A DNA stretch of 64,000 nt from Bacteroidota bacterium (GCA_036337275.1 JAYZEM010000005.1:807-64806); one strand, 5' to 3'. Shown: positions 46,843 through 56,977, counted from the stretch's first letter. Translations and numbers: made by a program. The notes: generated by a model not told the origin, from the letters alone.

Positions 46843-49800
46843 TTTTTTTACAGAAAGTGATGGCTTTACTTAGTGTTGGAATCGCTATTACTTCTAAAGA
46901 TAATTTCTCATTCACCTCTTTCATTTTAGTTGAGTCTAAATTATTTTTCAAATAATTTAACACTTTAGAAAATTGAGCACTCTCAAAATAATTGGATGTC
47001 TTGTCATTTATAAAATAAGCTCTCATTTTTCCAGATTTTAATATGATTCTTGAAAATCCGACTTCTTTTCCTAGCCACCTTAAACGTAAAGCATCAAAAA
47101 GTTGGCAAACGGCCTGTGGTAATGCCCCAAACCTATCATTTAACTGTTTTTCGAAAGCTACAATCTCCTTTTCCTCTGTAAAATTATTTAGTTCTTTATA
47201 GAGGTTTAATCTTTCTTCAACATTACTTACATAATCCTCAGGAATCATAATTTCCAAATCTGTATCCAATGCACAATCTTTTATGTAGAATGTATGTTTT
47301 TCATTTTCAAATAAATCTTGGAATTTCTCTGCTTTCAATTCTTCAACAGATTCATCTAGAATCTTCTTATACATCTCAAAGCCAATATCATTGATAAAAC
47401 CACTTTGATCGGCACCGAGCAAATCCCCAGCACCTCTTATGTCCAAATCGCGCATAGCAATATTAAAGCCACTTCCTAGTACAGAAAACTGCTCCAATGC
47501 ATCTAATCTTTTCCTTGCCTCTACTGAAATCTGATGAGTAGGAGGGCTAATTAAATAGCAAAATGCTTTTTTGTTAGATCTCCCAACCCTACCTCTCATT
47601 TGATGTAGATCGCTTAGTCCAAAATTATTGGCATTATTAATGATAATGGTATTTGCATTTGGAATATCTACTCCATTTTCAATAATAGTAGTGGAAATAA
47701 GTACATCAAACTCTCCTTCCATAAAGCCAATCATTAGCTTTTCAATTTGCTTGCCTTTCATTTGCCCATGGCCTGTTTTTATTTTGGCGTCAGGACATAA
47801 TCTTTGCACCAATCCGGCAACCTCTTTAATATTTTCGATTCTATTGTGTACAAAAAAAACTTGCCCATTTCTACTCATCTCATAACTTATAGCATCTCTT
47901 ATCACCTCATGATTTAACCGAATTATCCTAGTTTCTATGCTTTGCCTGTTAGGTGGTGGTGTATTGATGATGGATAAATCCCTTGCTCCTAATAAAGAAA
48001 ATTGTAGCGTTCTAGGGATTGGAGTAGCGCTTAAGGTTAAAGTATCAACTGTCGTTTTTAGGGCTTTGAGTTTGTCTTTTATGTTTACACCAAATTTTTG
48101 TTCCTCATCAACAATCATTAAACCTAAATCTTTAAAAACCAGATCTTTGCCTACTATTCTGTGTGTTCCAATCAAAATATCGATCTCCCCTTTTGCTAAT
48201 TTCTTAATAGTTTCATTTTGTTCTTTCGGAGTTTTGAACCTATTGATATAATCAATATTACAAGGAAAGTCCTTCATCCTTTTACCGAAAGTTTTAAAAT
48301 GCTGCAAAGCAAGAATTGTTGTAGGGACTAATATTGCTACTTGTTTGTTGTCAGTTACTGCTTTAAATGCTGCTCTTATGGCTACTTCTGTTTTCCCAAA
48401 ACCAACATCTCCACACACCAATCTATCCATTGGCGTATCTTTTTCCATATCTTCTTTTAATGAAGTTGTTGCTTTGCTTTGGTCAGGAGTATCTTCATAC
48501 ATAAAAGAGGCTTCCAATTCATGTTGTAAATAAGTGTCTTGTGAAAAAGCAAATCCTTTTTGCGTCTTTCTTTTGGCATAAAGTTTAATCAGATCAAAGG
48601 CAATCTGTTTTACTCTTTTTTTTGTTTTATTTTTGGTTTTTACCCATTGAGGCGAGCCCAATTGATGAACTTTTGGTCTATACCCTTCTTTTCCTGAGAA
48701 TTTTGCAATTTTGTGTAAAGCATGGATACTTAGATAAAGAATATCATCATTCTTATAGGTCAGTTTAATTAGTTCTTGAATTTTGCCTTTTCTCTCTATT
48801 TTATGCATGCCAGAAAATTGCCCAACACCATGGTCAATGTGGGATACAAAATCTCCAATTTGTAAATTGGTAAGTTGTTTGAGTGTTATGGCTTGTTTGT
48901 CTGAGAATTTGGTTTTGGAAACAAAGCGGTGATACCTTTCAAAGAGTTGATGATCGGTATACACGGCTAAACGATTATCCTCATCAATAAAGCCTTGATG
49001 CAGAGAAAAATGTATACATCTATACTGAATTTCTTCTTCCGAATTTTCAAAAATAGCTTCAAATCTTTTTTCTTGTTCCTCAGACGAACAAAGAATGATA
49101 TTCTTGATTCCTTTTTGGCTATTTGCAAGTAAATTAGCTTTTAACAAATCAAACTGCTTGTTAAAAACCGGATGTGGCTGGGTTTTGCATACTATTTTTT
49201 TAGAAGAATCAAAATAATTACTATTTCCAAATTCAATTGTGGTGTATTCGTCTAATTGTGTGCAAAAATGTTTCCCAGAAGTAAATAAATCTTCAGGTAT
49301 TTGATGTGTTGTTCCATTTTCTTCTAAGGATTTAAAATGTATATTTGCTTTTGCGAAATAATCCGATAAAACACCTTGGCTGTAAGCAACATCTTTTGCC
49401 CAGATCACAGCATTATTAGGAAGGTAATTTAAAAAACTTACATGTTTGCTATCAGTCTTTTTGGCTTCAGTGTTAGGCACAATATTAATTTTGTTTTTTG
49501 CATGAATAGACAGTTGGGAGTTGATGTCAAAGATGCGAATACTTTCCACCTGAACATCAAAAAATTCAATTCTGAAAGGATGCTCATCAGCATATGAAAA
49601 TATATCTAAAATACCACCTCTAATGGAAAATTGCCCTGGCTCAATCACAAAGTCAACCTTTTCAAAATGATGAGAGATTAATTGATTCTCTAATTGTTCT
49701 ATTTCATGTAAGTCTCCAATTTGAATTGTAATTGTTTGTCGTTTTAATTCTTTTCTGCTCACTACTTTTTCAGAAAGAGCTTCAGAATAAGTAATAATAA

Positions 49801-50149
49801 TAGGGTTTCTTTTATTATTGAGTTTATTCAATACTTCTGCCCTTAATAAAATATTTGCATTATCCGTTTCTTCAAACTGATAGGCTCTTCTGTAAGAAGC
49901 AGGATAAAAGAAGATTTCATTGTTTAAAAGGGCTTCTACCTCATTCACAAAATATTGCGCTTCTTCTTTGTCAGTAAATATAAAAAGATGAGGTCTTTTA
50001 CTTTCTCTAATTGTTGCAGATGATGCAATCGAAAAAGAAGATCCAACTAATCCTTTAAGCCAGATTTTAGAAGTTTTCTCAGTTATTTCACTAAGTAATT
50101 TGGCTGCAATTTTAGGTTCGCCAAAATAGGAGAGTAGAGGCGCTTTCAA
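46784..50149 (-). CDS. mfd: Transcription-repair coupling factor
   Basis: 1121 aa. UvrB-homology N-region, CarD/RID block (GDFVSHIDHGVGQF), SF2 helicase motifs (GDVGFGKTEVA, DEEQKFG, TATPIPRTL, QLHQMRGRVGR) and a TRG motif region. TTG start lies 7 nt after the pfp stop. Confidence 0.95.
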   Translation of the reverse strand: MKAPLLSYFGEPKIAAKLLSEITEKTSKIWLKGLVGSSFSIASSATIRESKRPHLFIFTDKEEAQYFVNEVEALLNNEIFFYPASYRRAYQFEETDNANILLRAEVLNKLNNKRNPIIITYSEALSEKVVSRKELKRQTITIQIGDLHEIEQLENQLISHHFEKVDFVIEPGQFSIRGGILDIFSYADEHPFRIEFFDVQVESIRIFDINSQLSIHAKNKINIVPNTEAKKTDSKHVSFLNYLPNNAVIWAKDVAYSQGVLSDYFAKANIHFKSLEENGTTHQIPEDLFTSGKHFCTQLDEYTTIEFGNSNYFDSSKKIVCKTQPHPVFNKQFDLLKANLLANSQKGIKNIILCSSEEQEKRFEAIFENSEEEIQYRCIHFSLHQGFIDEDNRLAVYTDHQLFERYHRFVSKTKFSDKQAITLKQLTNLQIGDFVSHIDHGVGQFSGMHKIERKGKIQELIKLTYKNDDILYLSIHALHKIAKFSGKEGYRPKVHQLGSPQWVKTKNKTKKRVKQIAFDLIKLYAKRKTQKGFAFSQDTYLQHELEASFMYEDTPDQSKATTSLKEDMEKDTPMDRLVCGDVGFGKTEVAIRAAFKAVTDNKQVAILVPTTILALQHFKTFGKRMKDFPCNIDYINRFKTPKEQNETIKKLAKGEIDILIGTHRIVGKDLVFKDLGLMIVDEEQKFGVNIKDKLKALKTTVDTLTLSATPIPRTLQFSLLGARDLSIINTPPPNRQSIETRIIRLNHEVIRDAISYEMSRNGQVFFVHNRIENIKEVAGLVQRLCPDAKIKTGHGQMKGKQIEKLMIGFMEGEFDVLISTTIIENGVDIPNANTIIINNANNFGLSDLHQMRGRVGRSNKKAFCYLISPPTHQISVEARKRLDALEQFSVLGSGFNIAMRDLDIRGAGDLLGADQSGFINDIGFEMYKKILDESVEELKAEKFQDLFENEKHTFYIKDCALDTDLEIMIPEDYVSNVEERLNLYKELNNFTEEKEIVAFEKQLNDRFGALPQAVCQLFDALRLRWLGKEVGFSRIILKSGKMRAYFINDKTSNYFESAQFSKVLNYLKNNLDSTKMKEVNEKLSLEVIAIPTLSKAITFCKKISLNESRQLDQVLKPKVQG

Positions 50150-50155
50150 ATGCTG

Positions 50156-51346
50156 TTAGATATTATGAATTTCTTGTATCATATCCTGATACCATTTTTG
50201 TGAGATATTAAAAGGCTTTTCACCTTTGATTCTGCTAAAGTCAATACAAGACAGTTGATTGTTATTGTCTTCATCCCAGCCAACTACACCAGAAATCCCA
50301 TTTATTGCACTTTCGACTGCTTTGTCAGCTACTTCAAAAATTAAATCTAAATCCTGCTGATTTGCTTTTGCCGATCGTCCAAAATAACCACTTTTTTGCA
50401 CCAAAATTTTATTGGCATTTAGGCGGCTACCCAATTGTTCTGCAAACCATTGCCCAGGATTCAATTCATCCAAACGAACATGTCCAAAAGCATCCCTTAA
50501 AACTGTTCCGCCAGTTTTCTCAGTTTCTGCAACTATTACATCCATTCCAGCACCCTCACTTAAAAAAACATTCACACAATCGAATCTATTCATTACTTTA
50601 TTCAATCGTTCACATTCTTTGTCAAAGTCAATCTTTTCTTCTGGCAAGAGTATGCTATGTATATCCCATTTCTCTTTTGTCAGTCCAATTTCTGGAATAA
50701 AAATCAAATGCTTTAAACGCTTGCGGTACTCCAAAGCAGTTGCAGCAGTAAGCCATCCGCAATGCCTTCCCATCACTTCATGAATGATAAGTTGCTTGTC
50801 AGAAGTTGTATTTTCATTAACTACATTCTCAAAAAAGACAGCTCCTTGCTCAGCTGCAGTCCAAGCACCAAGTGTTTGTGTAATAGGAAAGACGTCATTA
50901 TCCACTGTTTTGGGTAGACCTACCACTGTTAAATCATAATTATTTTTTTTCAGATATTCAGATAAATCAGCAGCAGTGGTATTGGTGTCATCCCCTCCAA
51001 TGGTATGTAAAATTGTCACCCCATCTTGTACTAGTTGATTGGCTGCAACTTCAAGTGGATTCTCTCCTTCTTGTACATATCCTTTTTTGATGCAGTCCTC
51101 AATATTGGTTAATTTTACTCTACTGTTGCCAATTGGCGAACCGCCAAACTGATAGAAATTATCAGTACTTCCTAAAAGTGTTCTTGGAAAAGAGAGATTA
51201 TTGCCCAATAGCAATCCTTTGTAACCATTTAAGTAGCCAATAATTTCAGCATCAGGATAATTATTCAAGTAATTTTCTGTTAATCTTCCTATGGATGCGA
51301 AAAGGCAAGGTGCAATTCCGCCAGAAGTTAAGAATGCAATTTTCAT
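50156..51346 (-). CDS. pfp: Phosphofructokinase-family enzyme with PPi-type specificity residues
   Basis: TSGGIAPCL, TIGGDDTNTTA (Asp where ATP-PFKs have Gly) and GLPKTVDNDV (Lys where ATP-PFKs have Gly), plus EVMGRHCGWL. Confidence 0.82.
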   Translation of the reverse strand: MKIAFLTSGGIAPCLFASIGRLTENYLNNYPDAEIIGYLNGYKGLLLGNNLSFPRTLLGSTDNFYQFGGSPIGNSRVKLTNIEDCIKKGYVQEGENPLEVAANQLVQDGVTILHTIGGDDTNTTAADLSEYLKKNNYDLTVVGLPKTVDNDVFPITQTLGAWTAAEQGAVFFENVVNENTTSDKQLIIHEVMGRHCGWLTAATALEYRKRLKHLIFIPEIGLTKEKWDIHSILLPEEKIDFDKECERLNKVMNRFDCVNVFLSEGAGMDVIVAETEKTGGTVLRDAFGHVRLDELNPGQWFAEQLGSRLNANKILVQKSGYFGRSAKANQQDLDLIFEVADKAVESAINGISGVVGWDEDNNNQLSCIDFSRIKGEKPFNISQKWYQDMIQEIHNI

Positions 51347-51446
51347 GTTATTGAGTTAATGAAATCTGCTGCAAATATCGGAAAATTAAAAAGAAAAGTT
51401 GAGAAAATAATTCTTTACTTTGTAACCCCAAATAACAAATGAATAA

Positions 51447-52706
51447 ATGACAAGAATCTTCAAGTTTGGAGGCACTTCTATAAAGGATGTTGAAAGTGTA
51501 AAACGCATTGCTAGAATTTTGAGTGATTACGCATCTGAAGATCTAGTTGTAGTATTTTCTGCTATGGGAAAAGTCACTAATATGTTGGAAGAAGTGGTGC
51601 AGGCTTATATGAAAAAAAGTGGAAATGCTGAGGAAAAACTACAAAAAGTAAAAGATTTTCATGGAGAGCTATTAAAGGGATTGTTCTACCAAGATCACGC
51701 TATTTACAATAAAGTGAATAATTTATTTGTTGAAATTGAGTGGGTTTTAGAAGATGAGCCTAATCCTGATTATGCGTTTAATTATGATCAAATTGTATCT
51801 ATTGGCGAAATGCTTGCTACTAAAATAATGAGTGCATATTTACATGAAGATGGATTTGAAAATACATGGATAGATGCAAGAGATGTAATCCGCACAGACA
51901 ATAAATACAGAAATGCAAAAATAGATTGGGAGCAAACCATTGGTTTTTGTAAAGAGAAGATCACACGTTTTCCAATAATTACACAAGGATTCATTGGTTG
52001 TACTTCCGAGAATTTTACCACAACATTAGGGAGGGAAGGATCTGATTTTACAGCAGCTATTTTTGCATTTGCATTAGACGCAAAGCAAGTCATTATTTGG
52101 AAAGATGTAGATGGTGTGATGAATGCAGATCCCAGATTTTTTGAGTACAATGAACAATTGATGAGAATACCCTTTGAAGAAGCAATAGAGTTAGCTTATT
52201 ATGGCGCAAAGGTAATGCACCCAAAAACCATACAGCCATTGCAAAAAAAAGACATTCCACTTGAAGTGAAATCTTTTCTAAATCCCGCAAAAGAAAGTTC
52301 AATAATTGGAAAATTTGATTCCATTGAACCCTTTGCTCCTTCATTTATTGTTAAGCAAAATCAAATCCTGATCTCAGTAGCTGATAAAAACTTATCTTTC
52401 ATTGTGGAAGAACATCTAAGTACAATTTTCGCACACTTTTCTAATTTTGGTGTTAGGGTACATATGATGCAAAATTCTGCTGTTAGTTTTTCTTTTTGTG
52501 TAGATAACGATCCTCATAAAATTCCAGAATTGATAATGGCGTTAAAAGAAAATTTTGAAGTGCATTTTAACGAGAACCTTTGCATGTACACCATTCGTCA
52601 TTATGATGAAAAATCTATTGAAAGAATCTTAAATAACAAAACATTACTTTTAGAGCAAAAGAGCAGGCATACTATTCATCTAGTTGTTAAAGAGAAACAG
52701 GAATAG
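51447..52706 (+). CDS. lysC: Aspartate kinase (monofunctional)
   Basis: KFGGTS N-terminus, VVVFSAMGKVTN, TLGREGSDFTAA, WKDVDGVMNADPR, and C-terminal ACT-like repeats. Confidence 0.9.
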   Translation: MTRIFKFGGTSIKDVESVKRIARILSDYASEDLVVVFSAMGKVTNMLEEVVQAYMKKSGNAEEKLQKVKDFHGELLKGLFYQDHAIYNKVNNLFVEIEWVLEDEPNPDYAFNYDQIVSIGEMLATKIMSAYLHEDGFENTWIDARDVIRTDNKYRNAKIDWEQTIGFCKEKITRFPIITQGFIGCTSENFTTTLGREGSDFTAAIFAFALDAKQVIIWKDVDGVMNADPRFFEYNEQLMRIPFEEAIELAYYGAKVMHPKTIQPLQKKDIPLEVKSFLNPAKESSIIGKFDSIEPFAPSFIVKQNQILISVADKNLSFIVEEHLSTIFAHFSNFGVRVHMMQNSAVSFSFCVDNDPHKIPELIMALKENFEVHFNENLCMYTIRHYDEKSIERILNNKTLLLEQKSRHTIHLVVKEKQE

Positions 52707-52726
52707 TATAAATGGCTATTTATTAG

Positions 52727-52734
52727 TATCTTTG
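52727..52734 (+). promoter_or_regulatory. -7 promoter box TATCTTTG upstream of the orphan 593-aa gene
   Basis: Exact TAnnTTTG match, 24 nt upstream of the ATG at 52759 and downstream of the lysC stop. This supports trimming the track ORF (52684). Confidence 0.4.
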
Positions 52735-52758
52735 CAGTCATTTTGTAAGCGTGATTTA

Positions 52759-54540
52759 ATGAAAAAACAACATACATTTCATATTCCAGTGATGGGTACT
52801 GCTTTTACGGCAGACACGCCACTTAAAGTAGCTCAGTTTGGTATAGATTCTGTAATTGCTTTGGCAGATGATGTGCTATTAGAGCGATTAAGGAAAGTTT
52901 ATACCGAAAAGCATAATTTGGACTATGAAGAAATAAAAAATAACACAAAAGATTATAGAGCTGACAGGATAACTTCTTACCTAAATTTGGTAAATAAATT
53001 AGCTGCTAAGAAATATGATGAATACACAACTGCCACTAAAGAGAAAGTAGAGTCACTTACAACATTCTTCTCTACTTTCCCAGATAATTTTCAGTTGAAA
53101 ACAGAATTCAATAATCTGACAGAAAAGTATTTAAATTTTGAGGAAATTTCTAACTGGCTGAAAGAGAACCTGAATATGGGTAGCATTGATGTAAACATTA
53201 TGACTAAAGTAGATAAACCAAATTTTTTCAAAAATGAAGCCTTACCATCAGAATATAATGATGCGCATTCTGCTTTAAGGGGTTATGCAAATTCTCATTT
53301 GGCGTCATCAATAATATTTTCGGCAGGAATGAACCCTAGATTATACGGATATATTGCACAATTTGATGATTTCTTTCCAAATATAAATGGCTATATAAAA
53401 AAGAAGATTATTATTAAAGTAAGTGATTATCGATCGGCTCTAATTCAAGGAAAATATTTAGCAAAAAAAGGGCTTTGGGTTTCTGAATATAGGATTGAAT
53501 CTGGGCTTAATTGTGGCGGACATGCCTTTGCAACTGATGGTTATTTGATGGGTCCAATTTTAGCAGAATTTAAAGAAAAACGGGAAGAGTTAATTAAAGA
53601 AATTTATGCAATATGTAAAGAGGCACTTATTGCTAATAATAAAGTAGTTCCTGAAAATCCATTGGATTTAAGGGTTACTGCTCAGGGAGGAGTAGGAACT
53701 GCTGAGGAGCATGATTTTTTAATTAAGCATTACAATCTGGATTCAGTTGGCTGGGGAACACCCTTCTTATTAGTGCCAGAGGTGACTACAGTTGATGATA
53801 AAACAAGGGCTCAGTTAATAAAGGCTAAAGAAAAAGATTTGTATTTATCAGATGTATCTCCACTTGGCGTACCATTTAATAATTTAAGAAACGCATCAAA
53901 AGAAGTAGAAAAATGGGAAAAAGTTGAAAAAGGGAAACCAGGAAGTTCATGCCCCAGAAGATATCTAGCGTTCAGTAAAGAGTATGATGAGAAGGGTGTT
54001 TGTACGGCTTCTCGTTTGTATCAAAAAAACAAAATTGAAGAAGAAGGAATTTCTGAAGAAATAACAGATAAGGTATGTTTATGTATGGGGCTTTCAGCAG
54101 CTTCAGTAGTTAGCAACAATATAGAAACAAGAGAAAGTAAAGCAGTTTCTATTTGCCCAGGACCAAATATGGCTTATTTTGACAAACTGCTTTCACTTGA
54201 AGACATGACTAAACATATTTATGGTTTGGAAAATTATATGAGTCGAAACGATAGGCCTAATATGTTTATGAAAGAATTAAATCTATATATGGACTATCTA
54301 AAAGATAAATTTGAAAAAGCCAAATTGGATTGGAATAAAAGGGAGGCAAAATATTTTAACCGCTTTTTAGAAAACATGACTGATGGTATAGCTTATTATA
54401 ATAATTTGTTTGAAACCTTAAAAGATAGATGCGGACAAAAAAAAGAGGATACATTGACTCATTTAGAAAGAACAAAAAACAAATTAGCCTCACTTGCTTT
54501 AGAAGTAGAAGCGCTCAATGCAGTTCCAGTTACAAACTAA
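52759..54540 (+). CDS. Conserved-looking protein of unknown function; possible NMO/FabK-like (beta/alpha)8 flavoenzyme fold with a C-terminal Cys cluster
   Basis: Long uninterrupted ORF with normal composition. Motif pattern HIPVMGTAFTADTPLKVAQFGIDSVIAL ... ESGLNCGGHAF ... AQGGVGTAEEH resembles the PxxxxPM/AGGH/GG(I/V)G pattern of nitronate-monooxygenase-like enzymes. Cysteines: SSCPRRY, GVCTASR, KVCLCMG and SICPGP. The fold assignment is tentative. Confidence 0.7.
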   Translation: MKKQHTFHIPVMGTAFTADTPLKVAQFGIDSVIALADDVLLERLRKVYTEKHNLDYEEIKNNTKDYRADRITSYLNLVNKLAAKKYDEYTTATKEKVESLTTFFSTFPDNFQLKTEFNNLTEKYLNFEEISNWLKENLNMGSIDVNIMTKVDKPNFFKNEALPSEYNDAHSALRGYANSHLASSIIFSAGMNPRLYGYIAQFDDFFPNINGYIKKKIIIKVSDYRSALIQGKYLAKKGLWVSEYRIESGLNCGGHAFATDGYLMGPILAEFKEKREELIKEIYAICKEALIANNKVVPENPLDLRVTAQGGVGTAEEHDFLIKHYNLDSVGWGTPFLLVPEVTTVDDKTRAQLIKAKEKDLYLSDVSPLGVPFNNLRNASKEVEKWEKVEKGKPGSSCPRRYLAFSKEYDEKGVCTASRLYQKNKIEEEGISEEITDKVCLCMGLSAASVVSNNIETRESKAVSICPGPNMAYFDKLLSLEDMTKHIYGLENYMSRNDRPNMFMKELNLYMDYLKDKFEKAKLDWNKREAKYFNRFLENMTDGIAYYNNLFETLKDRCGQKKEDTLTHLERTKNKLASLALEVEALNAVPVTN

Positions 54541-55406
54541 TACTTTTCTTTATTTACTAGATATACGCCACAAAGAATAATAGTTGCTCCAACTAGATGA
54601 GAAAGGAAGATATTCTCTCCATCAACTACTCCCCAAAAAATTGCAACAATAGGAATAAGGTAAGTTACCGATGATGCAAAAATAGCTGATGAATCTTTTA
54701 TGAGTTTATTAAAAATAACAACAGCCATTGATGTTCCGACTATAGCTAGAATAACAATATAAATCAATGCTTTAATCCCTCCATCCACTGTTAGTAAAGC
54801 AACAAAATCAGTATTGAAAACATAAATTCCTGATATAGGCCCGATAAATAAAAAAGCGAGTGCCGAAATTGAAGTTGCATCTAAGTCTGCAAGATATCTT
54901 CGAATTACATTCATACTTATAGCATAAAATAAAGTTGCTAAAATCACTAATAGGCTAAAAATATTTATTGAGAAGACACCTTCTAAATTAGAAATTGAGA
55001 GCAAAAAAGCGCCACTAAAACCAATAAATATGCCAAAAACATTGCTTCTGCTTGGGCGTGATTTGAAAAAGTAAATACCCAATAAAAGTGTAAATAATGG
55101 CGTAAGAGAATTCAGTATTCCTACATAAGAGCTAGCTAAGTGAGTTTGAGCTTTAGTAAACAAAAAGGCAGGAATTCCATTTCCTAAAAAAGCGGCAACT
55201 ATTATTGCAGTCCAATGCTTTTTTGCTACACGCTTTAGCGCTCTAATTATAAATGGCAATAAAGAAATGAATGCAATGAAAAGGCGCAAAGCAGCAACTT
55301 GACTATAAGTATAAATTTCCAGTCCTTTCTTCATTAATATGAATGAACTTCCCCAAATTATCGCAAGCAAGATAAGGATTAGATAATTTTGAACAGATTT
55401 TTTCAT
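54537..55406 (-). CDS. EamA/DMT-superfamily transporter
   Basis: 10-TM protein with duplicated EamA halves (ILLAIIWGSSFILMK...). ATG at 55406 (MKKSVQNYL) preferred to the longer track ORF. Confidence 0.8.
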   Translation of the reverse strand: MKKSVQNYLILILLAIIWGSSFILMKKGLEIYTYSQVAALRLFIAFISLLPFIIRALKRVAKKHWTAIIVAAFLGNGIPAFLFTKAQTHLASSYVGILNSLTPLFTLLLGIYFFKSRPSRSNVFGIFIGFSGAFLLSISNLEGVFSINIFSLLVILATLFYAISMNVIRRYLADLDATSISALAFLFIGPISGIYVFNTDFVALLTVDGGIKALIYIVILAIVGTSMAVVIFNKLIKDSSAIFASSVTYLIPIVAIFWGVVDGENIFLSHLVGATIILCGVYLVNKEKY

Positions 55407-55449
55407 AAAAATAATTGCAGACAAATATAGCTTAGTTATTTTTGTGCAA

Positions 55450-56454
55450 ATGAATTCTAACCAAAAGAATATCATATCAGTTTGGCTTTATAGCGGCCTT
55501 GTTCTAATAATATTTATGGTTGTAATTGGCGGGATAACACGACTGACAAATTCAGGTCTTTCAATGGTTGAATGGAATTTAATAAGCGGAACAATACCTC
55601 CAATGAATGAAGTGCAATGGCAAGAGGTTTTCCTAAAATATCAGCAATTTCCAGAATATCAAAAAATAAATAAAGGAATGAGTCTTTCTGAATTTAAAGC
55701 CATCTTTTTTTGGGAGTATTTGCATAGGGTATTAGGTAGATTGATTGGGCTAGTTTTTATTATCCCTTTCATATTATTTTGGAGAAAAGGTTGGCTTAAC
55801 AAAAAATTAAAGAAACAATTAGTTGTTCTTTTTTTTCTTGGAGCCTTACAAGGATTTTTAGGTTGGTTTATGGTAAAGAGCGGTTTGGTAGATGTACCAA
55901 CTGTAAGTCATTTTCGTTTAGCACTTCATCTAATATCAGCTTTCGTTTTAATTGCGTATAACTATTGGTTGATTATGGAGGTAGGAGAAAAAAAGAGCTA
56001 TACAAATTTGCAAATTAATGCTTTGAGTAAATGCTTCCTTTTTTTACTGACAATACAAATTATTTATGGGGCATTTACAGCTGGATTAAAAGCAGGTTAT
56101 CTTTTACCAGTCGGTAAAGGAGTCCTTCAAAGCTTATTCGGTTACTATACACCTGAAGTTTTACAAAATTTAGACTTGATTAATAACCCATACAATATAC
56201 AATTCTTACACAGAATATTTGCTTGGGGAGTATTTTGCTTTGCAATTTACCTCTGGCAAAAAGCAAAAGGTAGTGAATTAGAAAAAGCATCACTTTTGCT
56301 TGTTTCTCTAGTTTGTTTGCAAATTATTCTAGGCGTAATCACATTAGTATTTTCAGTACCTATCTTTTTTGCAGTTGTTCATCAATTTGTAGGCGTATTG
56401 CTATTATTAGCAACTACTAATCTGATGTTTCTATCCACCGAAAACTCTCAATGA
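55450..56454 (+). CDS. ctaA: Heme A synthase (COX15/CtaA family)
   Basis: 8-TM protein with GGITRLTNSGLSMVEW, EYLHRVLGR, and conserved His-containing helices (HLISAF, FLHRIFAW, VVHQFVG). Confidence 0.85.
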   Translation: MNSNQKNIISVWLYSGLVLIIFMVVIGGITRLTNSGLSMVEWNLISGTIPPMNEVQWQEVFLKYQQFPEYQKINKGMSLSEFKAIFFWEYLHRVLGRLIGLVFIIPFILFWRKGWLNKKLKKQLVVLFFLGALQGFLGWFMVKSGLVDVPTVSHFRLALHLISAFVLIAYNYWLIMEVGEKKSYTNLQINALSKCFLFLLTIQIIYGAFTAGLKAGYLLPVGKGVLQSLFGYYTPEVLQNLDLINNPYNIQFLHRIFAWGVFCFAIYLWQKAKGSELEKASLLLVSLVCLQIILGVITLVFSVPIFFAVVHQFVGVLLLLATTNLMFLSTENSQ

Positions 56455-56977
56455 ACTGTTTGATATCATCTTGCAAGAAAATAGAAACAGGAGCAAGAGA
56501 GTCATTTACCTCAGTGTTAAAATAAAGCGCACCTCTAAAAAAATGATTTATGCTATCAGTTAAGTAAAATTGTAAAGCTGTTGCAGTTGTTCCTTCATAA
56601 TCATAAACTAGTCCAAAAACTTTATCCTTATTGTTTATAAAAGGTTGTTCACTAATAGCATTTGCTTTTATACTATGTTTATATGCCAAATTTCTCGACT
56701 CTTCTGTGTGGGGGTATAAATTCCCATTTAAGGCGAAATAACTTGTATGCAAAGTAGCTTTAAAGTCAGGAAATTGTAAATTAAGGAAACAATACTTTTC
56801 TAAAGGATTAACTTTCGAATACACAGGGAATCGAAAAGTGAAAGGACAATCTTGATTGTATTGCATATACGCTTTTTCAGGTAAAGCAATTTTGAAGAAG
56901 CCCTTTGGTTTAGGAGTGTAATTTTCTTTGCAAGCAATAAAAAGAAATAAAATACAAATGCTAATTATTCTCTTCAT
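56417..56977 (-). CDS. gldD: Gliding-motility lipoprotein GldD
   Basis: Lipoprotein signal (ICILFLFIAC). N-terminal PKPKGFFKIALPEKAY...DCPFTFRFP resembles GldD. The size (186 aa) and the position immediately downstream of, and overlapping, gldE match the Flavobacterium johnsoniae arrangement. Confidence 0.72.
   Translation of the reverse strand: MKRIISICILFLFIACKENYTPKPKGFFKIALPEKAYMQYNQDCPFTFRFPVYSKVNPLEKYCFLNLQFPDFKATLHTSYFALNGNLYPHTEESRNLAYKHSIKANAISEQPFINNKDKVFGLVYDYEGTTATALQFYLTDSINHFFRGALYFNTEVNDSLAPVSIFLQDDIKQFIESFRWIETSD

Noticed and set aside
51347-51446. Lysine riboswitch or T-box-like leader upstream of aspartate kinase
   Set aside because: The spacer is only 100 nt, extremely AT-rich, and lacks the conserved helices of an L-box (which needs about 180 nt).
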